Shown here: positions 1-9,973 of the stretch, piece after piece
How the letters are laid out: each line of letters starts with the position of its first letter
Position numbering within the stretch: position 1 is the first letter of the stretch
Origin: Parcubacteria group bacterium
GTDB lineage: Bacteria; Patescibacteriota; Minisyncoccia; Phycocordibacterales; Phycocordibacteraceae
Reading direction: 5' to 3'
NCBI GenBank assembly: GCA_028286525.1
Contig: JAQBRL010000016.1
Location: forward strand, 17,924-81,923
Length of the DNA: 64,000 nucleotides
Position numbers and translations under genes: made by a program
The notes under the pieces: generated by a model
What the model was told of the DNA's origin: nothing
What the model saw: only the letters and a program-made list of their open reading frames with translations
The model's database searches: none

Positions 1-525
1 AGCGGCAAGAGCGTGATAACACCGCTTGCCGGCGGCAGGCTCGTGGGCGCGCTCCAATTATCTGCGCCCGACATCCTCCTGCGTAATATCGCGCCGGAAA
101 GCACGGTAGGCATCGTGCATGCCGGCAGCGAGACCCGTGCCTTCTTCATACTGAAAGTCCTCTCGTACGAACGCACGTTCGCCGGCATGCTGCAATGGGA
201 AGGACGCATGCAATCGGATCTCGCTACGCTCTATCCAGAATATCCTCTTCCGGTAGCAACGCCCACCGTCGTTACCACCACGAAGATCGTGAACGGGAGG
301 AAGGTCGTGGCGACCACGACCGTCGCAGCAGCCCCGGTGTTCAGCGCGGCACCTCATTTCGTCGATGAAGTCGCCTCGAATCACGATGTGCGGGCGCTCA
401 AGGATGGTCACGGTCAGACGATCCTGCTGTACGGATACAAAGATAAAGAGACACTTATCATCGCCCGCAACGAAGCGGCATTCGCGGAACTGCTGAATCG
501 TCTGGCTGCGACCAAGCAGCAATAG
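1..525 (+). CDS. hypothetical protein, 5' partial (frame open from window edge)
   Basis: ORF 13..525 is open back to position 1; no recognisable motif; Thr/Val-rich central segment. Confidence 0.4.
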   Translation, partial: SGKSVITPLAGGRLVGALQLSAPDILLRNIAPESTVGIVHAGSETRAFFILKVLSYERTFAGMLQWEGRMQSDLATLYPEYPLPVATPTVVTTTKIVNGRKVVATTTVAAAPVFSAAPHFVDEVASNHDVRALKDGHGQTILLYGYKDKETLIIARNEAAFAELLNRLAATKQQ

Positions 526-561
526 ATTGTCGCTGTACCTCCTCGTGCTACAGTAGCGGGC

Positions 562-912
562 ATGGATACGACACATTTTCGCGATCTTCTAACGCAAGAG
601 AAGACTACGCTTGAAGCCCAGCTTGCGACCGTCGGCCGCAAGAATCCCTCGAACCCTGCTGATTGGGAAGCGGTTCCTTCCGAGACGGGGCAAGAAGCCG
701 ATCCGAACGATCGCGCGACCGTTCTCGACACGTACGGGGAGAACACCGCCATCCTTACCGACCTAGAAATTCGTTTAGGGGAAGTGAACGCAGCACTCGT
801 ACGCATCGAAGCCGGAACTTACGGCGTCTGTCCGATCGGCGGAGAAGAGATAGAGATCGAACGCCTGACCGCAGACCCAGCAGCAAATACCTGCAAGGCT
901 CATTTGGTCTAA
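562..912 (+). CDS. DksA/TraR-family C4 zinc-finger protein
   Basis: 116 aa; C-terminal CPIGGEEIEIERL...C..H arrangement typical of TraR/DksA zinc finger; coiled-coil N-term. Confidence 0.5.
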   Translation: MDTTHFRDLLTQEKTTLEAQLATVGRKNPSNPADWEAVPSETGQEADPNDRATVLDTYGENTAILTDLEIRLGEVNAALVRIEAGTYGVCPIGGEEIEIERLTADPAANTCKAHLV

Positions 913-924
913 CGCAGGAGCGTT

Positions 925-2514
925 ATGCAGACGCGCGGCCTCCGGCCGCGCGTCTTGCGTTACAATAAGCACGTGGCCGCTCGCACCGCCCCACCCAAAA
1001 TAGAGACGCATGGCTATGCGCGCCTGTTCGCCGCACAGCCGCTCGGCGCTTCCGCTGAACTCGTCACCATCGAGGTGGATTTGACGCGCGGACTGCATTC
1101 TTTTTCCATAGTCGGGCTCGCCGATAAGGCGGTGGAGGAAGCGCGTGACCGCATCGCTGCGGCGATACGGCACAGCGGTTTCAAATCCCCGAAATCGGAG
1201 AATCGCCGCATCGTACTCTCGCTTTCGCCCGCGGACCTCAAGAAGGAGGGGTCGCATTACGACCTCGCGCTCGCGCTCGGGTATCTCGCGGCCCAAGGCG
1301 AGTTCGAACTCCCTGCGGAAGCAGCACTCTTCGCAGGCGAGCTTTCGCTCGACGGGAGACTCCGCACCACCCGCGGCATCCTTCCGCAGGTGCTTGCGGC
1401 AGCGCGGGCCGGATTCAAGACGGTATACGTCCCGCCCGGAAACGCGGAAGAAGCCCTCCTTGCGCCGGGGGTCACGGTATACGCGCCTGCGACGCTCAAG
1501 GAACTCATCGAACACCTGAACGGAACCGCTCCCCTCGTTCCTGCCACGAGCACGCATGACCGAGCCACGCCAAAGCCGCTGGTGGACCTCGCTGATATTA
1601 AAGGACAAGAGAGCGCGAAGCGTGCGCTCGAGATCGCTGCCGCCGGACGGCATAATCTCGTACTGTATGGGCCGCCCGGCACCGGCAAAACCCTGCTCGC
1701 GCGAGCCCTAGCAGGCATTCTTCCGCCTTTAACGCCCGACGAAGTGCTCGAAGTCACGGCGATACATTCCACGGCAGGGACGCTGCGCGAAGGGGCGCTA
1801 TTCCATCCGCCCTTGCGCGCGCCACATCACACCATATCGCATACGGCGATGGTAGGTGGGGGAGCGTATCCGCGCGCGGGCGAAGTAACGCTGGCGCACA
1901 AAGGCATTCTCTTTCTGGACGAGTTCCCGGAATTCGACGCACGCACCCTGGAAGCGCTTCGGCAGCCGCTCGAGGACCGGGTCGTGACGGTCTCGCGCGC
2001 TCGTGCGAGCATCACGTTTCCTGCCGACTGCATGGTGGTCGCCGCCATGAATCCGGCAGACACGCTTTCAGCTGATGCAGAAGTGGCCGTGCGGCAGGCC
2101 CTCAAGCAAGCGCGCAAGATATCTCGTCCCATCGCTGACCGTCTCGATCTGTGGATAGAAGTCCCGCACATTCCGCACGAAGCCCTCGCGCAGCTGGGCG
2201 AAGGGGAGTCCTCCGAAGCGGTACGCGCGCGGGTGGCGGGTGCACGTGCGCGCATGCAGGCCCGTGCCGGTACCGATGTAGTGAACGCGCGGCTGACGCC
2301 GCGCGAGCTCACCGAGAGCAGTGGATTCACCGAAGAGGCGAAGCAAGCGTTGCTTAGTGCGGCGACTAAGCTCGATCTGTCTCCGCGAGCGTACCACCGC
2401 GTGATGCGGGTCGCTCGTACTATCGCGGACCTGGCCGGCGCAGGCAGCGTCACCTCGGCCCATATCTTCGAATCGCTGCAGTACCGCCCGCGCGGCATGT
2501 TCGGATTCGAATGA
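925..2514 (+). CDS. comM: YifB/ComM Mg-chelatase-like AAA+ ATPase
   Basis: 529 aa; Walker [16 protein letters not shown], ChlI/MCM-like core, C-terminal ComM helix-turn-helix region. Confidence 0.8.
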   Translation: MQTRGLRPRVLRYNKHVAARTAPPKIETHGYARLFAAQPLGASAELVTIEVDLTRGLHSFSIVGLADKAVEEARDRIAAAIRHSGFKSPKSENRRIVLSLSPADLKKEGSHYDLALALGYLAAQGEFELPAEAALFAGELSLDGRLRTTRGILPQVLAAARAGFKTVYVPPGNAEEALLAPGVTVYAPATLKELIEHLNGTAPLVPATSTHDRATPKPLVDLADIKGQESAKRALEIAAAGRHNLVLYGPPGTGKTLLARALAGILPPLTPDEVLEVTAIHSTAGTLREGALFHPPLRAPHHTISHTAMVGGGAYPRAGEVTLAHKGILFLDEFPEFDARTLEALRQPLEDRVVTVSRARASITFPADCMVVAAMNPADTLSADAEVAVRQALKQARKISRPIADRLDLWIEVPHIPHEALAQLGEGESSEAVRARVAGARARMQARAGTDVVNARLTPRELTESSGFTEEAKQALLSAATKLDLSPRAYHRVMRVARTIADLAGAGSVTSAHIFESLQYRPRGMFGFE

Positions 2515-4035
2515 TCACGTCAGAATCGGGTCGGCATAGAGTCCATGGGTCAGATCCTCTTTTGCTGCCCATTTTTGCAATCGTGAACCTACCTTCTCGA
2601 GTCGCGTGTCCGGTGGCGTAGCGTTCGTTATGAATACTCGTACGACCTTAAGCGGAAGCTCCGACTGCAAGTCAGCGACGATAATCTCATGACCCATATC
2701 CTTCAGACGCTTCAAGAGCGTCTCGATTGAATCGATCTCTTTATCGGGTTGCCAGGTAACGGGAGAAGGCGTAAGCACATGCTCTAGGTGCGTACGATAG
2801 AGCGGATCCGACCACGCGAGTTCCGGCTTTCCGAGTACTCCTGTTACGCTGACCACCTCTTTCCATTGGAAATGTTCGTTGAGTACGACATCGAGTCCCG
2901 CATACATCTGCACCGTTTCGCATACGGCGCGTGCAACGGCGACTTCCCAGCTGAACGATGCGCCCGTTCCATGCGAGAACGCAGGGATACCTCCTCTTGT
3001 ATCCATAAGGACCGCATGCGCTATAGGTACGCCCCAGTCGAGCGACATATCTTTAAGTACTAGCTTGAATCCAAGGGTTTCGAGAAGACGCACTATCTCT
3101 TGTATCGTGGGATCGAGAGCAGGAAGCAATCCAAGATCTATGTCCGGACCGTTGATGCGGCAGCGCATCGTTATCCAATACGCGTCTCTCTCGAGGACCT
3201 CGAAGATTCCGCTGAGTGTCGCATCTTCGAGCGATGCACCGGCGGCGAGCCCCATGGTGTGATGGAGGGAAAAGAGCCGAGTCCTGGTCAATTTCGGTAT
3301 GTATTCGTAATAGGCGAGTTCAGCAGGCACGAAGCAGTCTTCATCGCGGGAAATATTTCGCGCAGGAATCCACTCGGTGAGTTGGGCGCTCGAGAAAGCA
3401 TCTCGAGGACCCGTGAGTTCCCCGAGATCCCAATTCTTTCGATGGTACAGATGCTCATAGGTGTCGATAGAAATACGATTCCGCGCCTGTTCGCCCGGTC
3501 CGATACCTGTCACGCGTTCAACCCCTTCCGCGAGCGCTGACCTGATCGCCTGCTCTTCGGTTATGCCTTTGCCTTCTGCAATGACCCCACCGTCTGCGTC
3601 ATGAAGATAAAAGACCGGACAAAGCGCATCGAAAGCATTTTTAAGAAATGTTCTTTTCCCGAGACTGAATCCGCTCTGCTGTAACCCGGACTCGACACTC
3701 TTCCAGTCGATGCTCGTCTTGTTCATTGAAGTCCGTGTGCCTTTGTTCTCAATGTCAGAAAAGACCAATTCGAGGGAGGGCTCGGCTGATTTCTCCCGCG
3801 TACCTTCGAATTGAAAACCCTCGGTCGCGCAGAATGCCTCAAGAAGAGCGGCCTGCTCGGTCTCTTTCGGAGAGAGGGAAGGCGGAAGGAATCCATGGAT
3901 CTTTTTATATGAGAATGCATCAAGAAGCCGTCGAGCTTCCTCGATTTTGTATACCGAAAGTATTTCGGCTCCATCAGGCAATGAATAGATTCCCTTACCT
4001 GGGAAGAAGGTGATGTATCGCTCGTGATTAGTCAT
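2515..4035 (-). CDS. ycaO: YcaO-domain protein
   Basis: 506 aa; YcaO ATP-binding signature GKGITEEQAIRSALAEGVERVTG and EVLERDA motif; C-terminal extension. Confidence 0.75.
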   Translation of the reverse strand: MTNHERYITFFPGKGIYSLPDGAEILSVYKIEEARRLLDAFSYKKIHGFLPPSLSPKETEQAALLEAFCATEGFQFEGTREKSAEPSLELVFSDIENKGTRTSMNKTSIDWKSVESGLQQSGFSLGKRTFLKNAFDALCPVFYLHDADGGVIAEGKGITEEQAIRSALAEGVERVTGIGPGEQARNRISIDTYEHLYHRKNWDLGELTGPRDAFSSAQLTEWIPARNISRDEDCFVPAELAYYEYIPKLTRTRLFSLHHTMGLAAGASLEDATLSGIFEVLERDAYWITMRCRINGPDIDLGLLPALDPTIQEIVRLLETLGFKLVLKDMSLDWGVPIAHAVLMDTRGGIPAFSHGTGASFSWEVAVARAVCETVQMYAGLDVVLNEHFQWKEVVSVTGVLGKPELAWSDPLYRTHLEHVLTPSPVTWQPDKEIDSIETLLKRLKDMGHEIIVADLQSELPLKVVRVFITNATPPDTRLEKVGSRLQKWAAKEDLTHGLYADPILT

Positions 4036-4044
4036 TTTCTAGAG

Positions 4045-4077
4045 CAGTAAGGCCACTTCGAAGAAGCGGCCTTACTG
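4045..4077 (-). promoter_or_regulatory. perfect 10-bp stem-loop (CAGTAAGGCC / GGCCTTACTG) 7 nt upstream of ycaO start codon
   Basis: seen directly; loop itself contains CTTCGAAG palindrome; no U-tract after it on the minus strand. Confidence 0.4.
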
Positions 4078-4099
4078 GTACGGATGCGTGGCGCGGACG

Positions 4100-4279
4100 C
4101 TACGCGAGTCCGTAGGAACTTTCTCCCTGGCCAGCCATAAGCGACCGGCTAGAGGTGCGAAGGCTCGAGGCCTGATCCTGTCCCACCGTGATGGAGGCAG
4201 AAGAGACCTGACCTTGGCCCGCCATCAAGGGATACATGGTCTTTCCTTGGGCAGCGGTAAAACCGAGACGTTTTTGCAT
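4100..4279 (-). CDS. candidate small ORF (59 aa, Gly/Gln/Ser-rich) immediately upstream of ycaO, same strand
   Basis: ATG..TAG hand-translated MQKRLGFTAAQGKTMYPLMAGQGQVSSASITVGQDQASSLRTSSRSLMAGQGESSYGLA; below 60-aa cutoff of ORF track; position relative to YcaO is the only support. Confidence 0.2.
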   Translation of the reverse strand: MQKRLGFTAAQGKTMYPLMAGQGQVSSASITVGQDQASSLRTSSRSLMAGQGESSYGLA

Positions 4280-4330
4280 ACGCGGTCTCGTTAATTGCTA
4301 AGTGCTTCACCAGAACCTATCTAGTGATGC

Positions 4331-4358
4331 TTGTAAATACTAGGGTGAGGCGTATAAT
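4331..4358 (+). promoter_or_regulatory. sigma70-like promoter TTGTAA-16-TATAAT for TrmB-family regulator gene
   Basis: near-consensus hexamers about 65 nt upstream of the GTG start; AT-rich island in GC-rich DNA. Confidence 0.45.
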
Positions 4359-4421
4359 ATGTCATATCCGTCGACATGCACTCATAAAACGTCCTTTCTA
4401 TGACAAAAAATAAGGAAATAC

Positions 4422-5198
4422 GTGTTGTCAGTAACGCCGACAGAAATTAACTGCATGAATCAGCAGAACAGTTTTCAGATATCGCTTGAGGGCCTCGGAC
4501 TTAGCGAAAACGAGTCCCGAGTCTACCTTTCCATGCTTTCGCTCGGTCCCGCGAGCATTTTGAACATATCCAAGGCTGCCGACGTGAATAGGACCACTAT
4601 CTATAACGTGATCGAGAACCTGAATCGGAAGGGGCTTACTCGAGTCGATGCGCAGGGCTTCAAGAAATTGTATGTGGCTGAGCACCCCCGGAGGCTGGAA
4701 ACGATGCTCGAACGCAGAAAAGACGATTTCAAAGAGCTTTTCCCTGAATTAGAAGCCCTCTTTAACCTGAAGGGCGGCCAATCCTTCGTTCGATATTACG
4801 AAGGGTCCGAGTCCGTGCGGAATCTGTACTTCGATCTGCTCGATGAGCTCGAGCATAACGAAGAATTCCTCGTCATCGGCGACCCTGAGAAATGGGAACA
4901 GGTGAACAAGAGCTTCGGCGCTGAATTCATCAAGCAGCGCAACAAACGGAAGCTCCGCATTCGGATGATGCTGACGGATTCGGAGACAGGGCGGAAATAT
5001 AAGCAGTTCGAGCGGAATTTCCAAGAAGAGATCAAGTTCCTTCCTGCCGATTCGCGCATCGACACCAATCTGGTCATCACCTTGCGGAAGATCCTTATCC
5101 AACAGATGGTGAACCCGATAGTAGCCGTCACTATCGAGACGGGCAGCATCGTTACTATGCATCAAGAACTGTTCAATGTGATGTGGCGCACCTTATAG
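4422..5198 (+). CDS. TrmB-family transcriptional regulator
   Basis: 258 aa; N-terminal winged HTH LSENESRVYLSMLSLGPASILNISKAADVNRTTIYNVIENLNRKGL; AAGGAA RBS upstream; divergent from ycaO. Confidence 0.6.
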   Translation: MLSVTPTEINCMNQQNSFQISLEGLGLSENESRVYLSMLSLGPASILNISKAADVNRTTIYNVIENLNRKGLTRVDAQGFKKLYVAEHPRRLETMLERRKDDFKELFPELEALFNLKGGQSFVRYYEGSESVRNLYFDLLDELEHNEEFLVIGDPEKWEQVNKSFGAEFIKQRNKRKLRIRMMLTDSETGRKYKQFERNFQEEIKFLPADSRIDTNLVITLRKILIQQMVNPIVAVTIETGSIVTMHQELFNVMWRTL

Positions 5199-6970
5199 CG
5201 CGTTATACTTCTCGTATGCAAGTCACCGAAAGCGAACTGAAAACATTCATCCTCGATTCTGGACTCGTACCGCGCAAGGACGTGGACGCGGCCGACGAAG
5301 AGGCGAAGAAACGTAATCAATCCATCGGCGACATACTCGTCTCGCAAGGCGCACTGACGTCCGACGCATTGCGCCGCATCAAGGCGTACGTGCTCGGCAT
5401 TCCATTCGTGAATCTCAAGGATAAGAAGATACCGCTCGAGGTGCTCTCGCTCATCCCGGAACCTATCGCGCGCACGCATAGCATCATCGGCTTCCGCAAA
5501 GAGGGGAATGAGCTGGAGGTCGCCATGCTCGATACGCAGGACCTTCCCGCCATCGACTCGGTGCGCAAGAAGACGGGGCTGAAGATATTGCCGCGCCTCA
5601 CCGACGACGAATCGCTCAAGCATGCCCTCATGCAGTACCAGAAGTCGCTGAAGGAGGAGTTCGGCGACCTCATCGCCACCGAAGCGGGACGCATCAACGT
5701 CGTGAAGGACGCGAGCGGAGACGACGTTACGGGAGAAGAGCTCAAGAAGATGGCGGAAGACCTGCCCATCGTCCGCATCGTCGATACGCTTCTGCGCCAC
5801 GCCATCATCCAAGACGCGTCCGATATCCATATCGAACCAATGGAAGAGGCGACCCTCGTGCGGTATCGCATCGACGGTATCCTGCACGACGCGATGACGC
5901 TTCCGAAGAATGCGGGTCCGGGCATCACCGCACGCATCAAAGTGCTCGCCAACCTCAAGCTCGACGAGAAGCGCCTGCCGCAAGATGGTCGGTTCAAGAT
6001 GGAGACCGATGCCGATAAGGTCTCGTTCCGCGTGTCGCTCCTCCCGACCTATTACGGCGAGAAGATCGTGATGCGTCTTCTGCGCGAGACGGGAGAGGGC
6101 TTCACGCTCGAAGCGCTCGGCTTCCATGGCGAGAGCCTCGAGCGCATCCATTCGGCGACGAAGCAGACCACCGGCATCATCCTCATATCGGGGCCGACCG
6201 GTTCCGGTAAGACGACGACGCTGTATACCGTGCTCGATATCCTGAATCGTCCGGACGTGAATATTTCCACCATCGAGGACCCTATCGAGTACCAGATGAA
6301 GCGCGTGAACCAGACGCAGGTGAACCCCACCATCGGCTTTACCTTCGCGTCGGGACTCCGCGCCCTCCTGCGCCAGGACCCGAACGTCATCATGGTGGGA
6401 GAGATACGCGACGGTGAAACGGCATCGCTCGCCATCAATGCGGCGCTCACCGGACACATCGTGCTTTCCACTATCCATACGAACTCTGCCGCAGGCGCTA
6501 TTCCGCGCCTCATGGATATGGGCGTCGAACCGTTCCTTCTCGTCTCTACGCTCCGCCTGGTCGTGGGGCAGCGTCTTGTCCGTCGCCTCTGCGACGACAA
6601 GGAGCAGTACACGCTTGATGATAAGGAACGTGCCAAAGTCGCTCCCGCTGAGAAATTCGACGCGGCATTCAAGTCGCTCGAAGACGAAAAGCTCGTGAAA
6701 GAAGGGAGCAAACTCGACACGCTCCCGTTCTATCATCCGAAACCGTCAGGAGAATGCGAGGACGGCTATAAGAGCCGTATCGGTATCCACGAGATCCTTA
6801 CGGTATCCCCCGCGATACGCGAATTGATACTGCACAGCGAAGGACCCGACGCGGTGGAAGCGCAGGCACGCAAGGAAGGCATGCTCACCATGCTCGAAGA
6901 CGGACTCTACAAAGCGGCGCGGGGCATTACCTCGCTTGAGGAAGTGTTGCGCGCAGTGAACGACGGATAA
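5183..6970 (+). CDS. pilB: type IV pilus assembly ATPase PilB (GspE family)
   Basis: 595 aa; GspE N-domain, Walker A SGPTGSGKTTTL, Asp/His boxes, VGEIRD motif; true start may be ATG 5216. Confidence 0.85.
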   Translation: MAHLIARYTSRMQVTESELKTFILDSGLVPRKDVDAADEEAKKRNQSIGDILVSQGALTSDALRRIKAYVLGIPFVNLKDKKIPLEVLSLIPEPIARTHSIIGFRKEGNELEVAMLDTQDLPAIDSVRKKTGLKILPRLTDDESLKHALMQYQKSLKEEFGDLIATEAGRINVVKDASGDDVTGEELKKMAEDLPIVRIVDTLLRHAIIQDASDIHIEPMEEATLVRYRIDGILHDAMTLPKNAGPGITARIKVLANLKLDEKRLPQDGRFKMETDADKVSFRVSLLPTYYGEKIVMRLLRETGEGFTLEALGFHGESLERIHSATKQTTGIILISGPTGSGKTTTLYTVLDILNRPDVNISTIEDPIEYQMKRVNQTQVNPTIGFTFASGLRALLRQDPNVIMVGEIRDGETASLAINAALTGHIVLSTIHTNSAAGAIPRLMDMGVEPFLLVSTLRLVVGQRLVRRLCDDKEQYTLDDKERAKVAPAEKFDAAFKSLEDEKLVKEGSKLDTLPFYHPKPSGECEDGYKSRIGIHEILTVSPAIRELILHSEGPDAVEAQARKEGMLTMLEDGLYKAARGITSLEEVLRAVNDG

Positions 6971-7012
6971 TACCGGCGGGTACGCGTATCAGCGCGTGCT
7001 AAACTTTTTCCA

Positions 7013-8230
7013 ATGAAGTTCCGCGTGAAGCTGAAGACGGAGAACGGGACCGAGGAGACGCGCATCATGGATACGTTGTCGCGTTTCGCCGTATATGGCG
7101 ACGCTGAAAAAGAAGGAGCCACCGTTATTTCCATAGAAGAAGGAGGGGCGAAGGGGCTCTCGCTCGGAAAGATCGCTTCGTTCAATATCGGGAGCGGTAT
7201 CAAGACGGAAGAACGCATCACGCTGACGAAAAACCTTTCAGCGATGCTTTCAGCGGGTCTCACGCTTTCGCGCGCGCTCGCGGTCATCGAGCGGCAAAGC
7301 CGCAATAAGAACCTCAAGAAGGTCGTTTCCGACCTCGAGGAGCAGGTGAAGAAGGGCACGTCCTTCCATGAAGCGCTGATGCTGCACGCGAAGATCTTCT
7401 CCAAGCTCTTCATTGCGATGACCAAGGCCGGCGAAGAGTCCGGTACGCTCGCGGATGCGCTCAAGGTGGTCGCGCGGCAGATGGACCGCTCGTACACGCT
7501 CGAAAAGAAGATCCGCGGCGCCATGATCTATCCGGGCATCATCCTTTCGGCCATCGTTGTCATCGGTATCCTCATGCTCATATACGTGGTGCCGACCCTC
7601 TCGAGCACGTTCAAGGAACTGGGTGTCGCGCTCCCGCTTGCGACGCGCATCATCGTGAATGCGTCCGACTTCATGGCGCACCACGTGCTGGAGGTGTTCG
7701 GCATCGTAGCGGTCTTCTTCGGGAGCATATTCGCTTTCACTCACTCAAAATTCGGAGGGCACGTCATCCTCGCGGTTTCCCTGCAATTACCCGTTATCGG
7801 GGACCTCGTGCGCGAGACATTCGCCGCACGCGCCGCACGCGCACTCGCCTCGCTTCTGGCGTCTGGCGTTGAAATGCTTTCCGCCGTCGAAATAGCCGCT
7901 GAAGTGGTGGGCGATAACTCGTTCGGTAAAGTGGTGACCGAGGCGGGTACGCGCGTGAGAAAGGGCGAAGCGCTTTCGGCAGCGTTCGCGGATCACCCGA
8001 AGCTCTATCCCTTCTTCATCGCCGATATGATCGCCGTGGGCGAAGAGACCGGAAAGGTCGCCGACATGCTAGGACAGGTTGCCGACTACTACGAAACGGA
8101 TGTCGAAGATCGCACCAAAGATCTCTCCACCATCATCGAACCGATGCTTATGCTCGTGATCGGCGTCGCGGTCGGTATCTTCGCGCTCGCCATGATCACT
8201 CCTATTTACTCCCTTTCCTCGAAGATCTAA
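7013..8230 (+). CDS. pilC: type IV pilus inner-membrane platform protein PilC (GspF family)
   Basis: 405 aa; two GspF repeats, three TM segments, immediately downstream of pilB. Confidence 0.85.
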   Translation: MKFRVKLKTENGTEETRIMDTLSRFAVYGDAEKEGATVISIEEGGAKGLSLGKIASFNIGSGIKTEERITLTKNLSAMLSAGLTLSRALAVIERQSRNKNLKKVVSDLEEQVKKGTSFHEALMLHAKIFSKLFIAMTKAGEESGTLADALKVVARQMDRSYTLEKKIRGAMIYPGIILSAIVVIGILMLIYVVPTLSSTFKELGVALPLATRIIVNASDFMAHHVLEVFGIVAVFFGSIFAFTHSKFGGHVILAVSLQLPVIGDLVRETFAARAARALASLLASGVEMLSAVEIAAEVVGDNSFGKVVTEAGTRVRKGEALSAAFADHPKLYPFFIADMIAVGEETGKVADMLGQVADYYETDVEDRTKDLSTIIEPMLMLVIGVAVGIFALAMITPIYSLSSKI

Positions 8231-8256
8231 AGGATTCGGTGCGTTATCATACCTGC

Positions 8257-9972
8257 ATGGCCTCTCGTCCGGCACGCGGTCTTTCCATGATAGATGTGGT
8301 GGTGGGTTCCGCCCTCATCCTGCTCATCTTCCTCTCGCTCACCAGTCTGCTGCGAGCGTCGCTCCTCGTGTCGTCGCTCGCGAAAGCGAAGGCAGGCGCG
8401 ACCGCGGTCGCGAACACGCAGATGGAATACATCCGCTCGCTTCCGTACGATTCCGTGGGTACCGTGGGCGGTATCCCTGCCGGAACCATTCCCCAGACCG
8501 CGACTACCACCGAGAACAGTATTCCCTACGGCGTGCGCACGTTCATTGAATACGTGGATGACCCTGCGGACGGCACCGGTGCGGCAGATACGAACAGCAT
8601 AACGACCGACTATAAGCGCATCAAAGTGGCCGTCACGTATACCGTCCACCAGAAGCTCCGCGAGGTGGATCTGGTATCCAATTACACTCCCGCTTCGATC
8701 GAAACGACCACGGGCGGGGGAACGCTGAAGGTACAGGTAGTCAATCGGAGCGGGGTGGGTGTCGCGGGGGCGACCGTGCATGTCGTGAACACGAGCACGA
8801 GTCCTGCGGTGGACGTCACGACCTTTTCGGACGCGACTGGTGTGGTGCTGCTCGGCGGGGCGGCGACCTCGACCCAATATCAGGTATTCGTATCGAAGAA
8901 CGGCTATTCGAGCACCCAGACGTATGCGCGCGACGTCACGAACCAGAACCCGACGCCGGGCTACCTGACGGTGGTGAAGAATACGACCACGACGGGCACA
9001 TTCCCGATCGACCTCCTTGCCTCGCTTACGCTCGGCACGTATTACCCCGTGCAGGCGACTTCGACCATCGACACCTTTGCGAACAGCACGAAACTCGCCT
9101 CGCAAACCGGGACGGCCGTTACCGGAGGATCGCTCTCGCTCGCGCAGGATGTAAATGGGTACCTAGCGAGCGGGTCGGCGCAATCGATCTCTATTTCGCC
9201 CGCACTGCTCGTGTCATGGACGACCGCGAGTACGACGCTTTCGGCTCCGGCCGGCACGACCGTAACGGTCCAGGTACTCGATGGAAGCGGGGCCCTCCTT
9301 CCGGACGCGGTACTCGCAGGCAATAGCGCCGGCTTCTTCGGAAGTTCGATCAATCTTTCGGGAGTATCGACCACCACTTATCCGTCCCTCGCCCTGCGGG
9401 CGAATCTTACGACCACTTCCACCAGCACCTCGCCTGCGGTCGCGACCTGGAGCGTAAATTCGCTCGTCGGACCGATACCGATACCGAACGTCGCGCTCGC
9501 GCTTGCGGGCGCGAAAACCATCGGGTCGACGGGAGCGGGGGCGCCCATCTATAAGACGAGCGTCGCCGCTACGACGAATGCGTCCGGCATCGCCGCGCTC
9601 TCGCTTGAATGGGACTCGTATTCCTTATCGCTTACCGGCTACGACATCGTCGATGCCTGTTACGCCGCGCCCTACGCGCTGCTGCCGGGGACCAATACCA
9701 CCAACAATCTTTTCCTGGACGTTAATACCTCGAATTCGGCGCTCGTCTCCGTACGCGATAGTAGCGGAGCGACCGTCGCCGGCGCGACCGTGACCGTGTC
9801 GAAAGCCGGATTCACGCAGGATAGCGTGACGAGCGCCTGCGGAGCGGCATACTTCGGCGCGCTTGCGAGCGGCGCCTACACTGTCACCATAACCAAGGCC
9901 GGATACACCACCACCTCCTACCCGAACGTCACGGTAGCCGGAGACACGTTCTACCCCACTTCATTCCCCTAG
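8257..9972 (+). CDS. large prepilin-like protein (minor pilin / pilus-associated adhesin candidate)
   Basis: N-terminus ARG-LSMIDVVVGSALILLIFLSL resembles class III signal with Asp at +5; rest is long Thr/Ser/Gly/Val-rich beta-type sequence; GTG at 8239 is alternative start. Confidence 0.5.
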   Translation: MASRPARGLSMIDVVVGSALILLIFLSLTSLLRASLLVSSLAKAKAGATAVANTQMEYIRSLPYDSVGTVGGIPAGTIPQTATTTENSIPYGVRTFIEYVDDPADGTGAADTNSITTDYKRIKVAVTYTVHQKLREVDLVSNYTPASIETTTGGGTLKVQVVNRSGVGVAGATVHVVNTSTSPAVDVTTFSDATGVVLLGGAATSTQYQVFVSKNGYSSTQTYARDVTNQNPTPGYLTVVKNTTTTGTFPIDLLASLTLGTYYPVQATSTIDTFANSTKLASQTGTAVTGGSLSLAQDVNGYLASGSAQSISISPALLVSWTTASTTLSAPAGTTVTVQVLDGSGALLPDAVLAGNSAGFFGSSINLSGVSTTTYPSLALRANLTTTSTSTSPAVATWSVNSLVGPIPIPNVALALAGAKTIGSTGAGAPIYKTSVAATTNASGIAALSLEWDSYSLSLTGYDIVDACYAAPYALLPGTNTTNNLFLDVNTSNSALVSVRDSSGATVAGATVTVSKAGFTQDSVTSACGAAYFGALASGAYTVTITKAGYTTTSYPNVTVAGDTFYPTSFP

Positions 9973-9973
9973 C

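Noticed and set aside
4088-4294. Forward 68-aa ORF overlapping the candidate small peptide upstream of ycaO
   Set aside because: It is Arg-rich, has no promoter or RBS, and the TrmB promoter lies downstream of it. It was considered less likely than the minus-strand ORF, but neither is proven.
5162-6736. Long antisense ORFs opposite real genes (for example 5162..6736 -, 22775..23839 -, 32503..33555 -, 38434..39651 -, 50630..51757 -, 59946..61085 -)
   Set aside because: These are typical high-GC shadow frames. They are Arg/Asp/His-rich with no motifs, while the sense-strand partners have clear conserved domains (PilB, PcrA, VirB4, DnaA, PolA, PilM).
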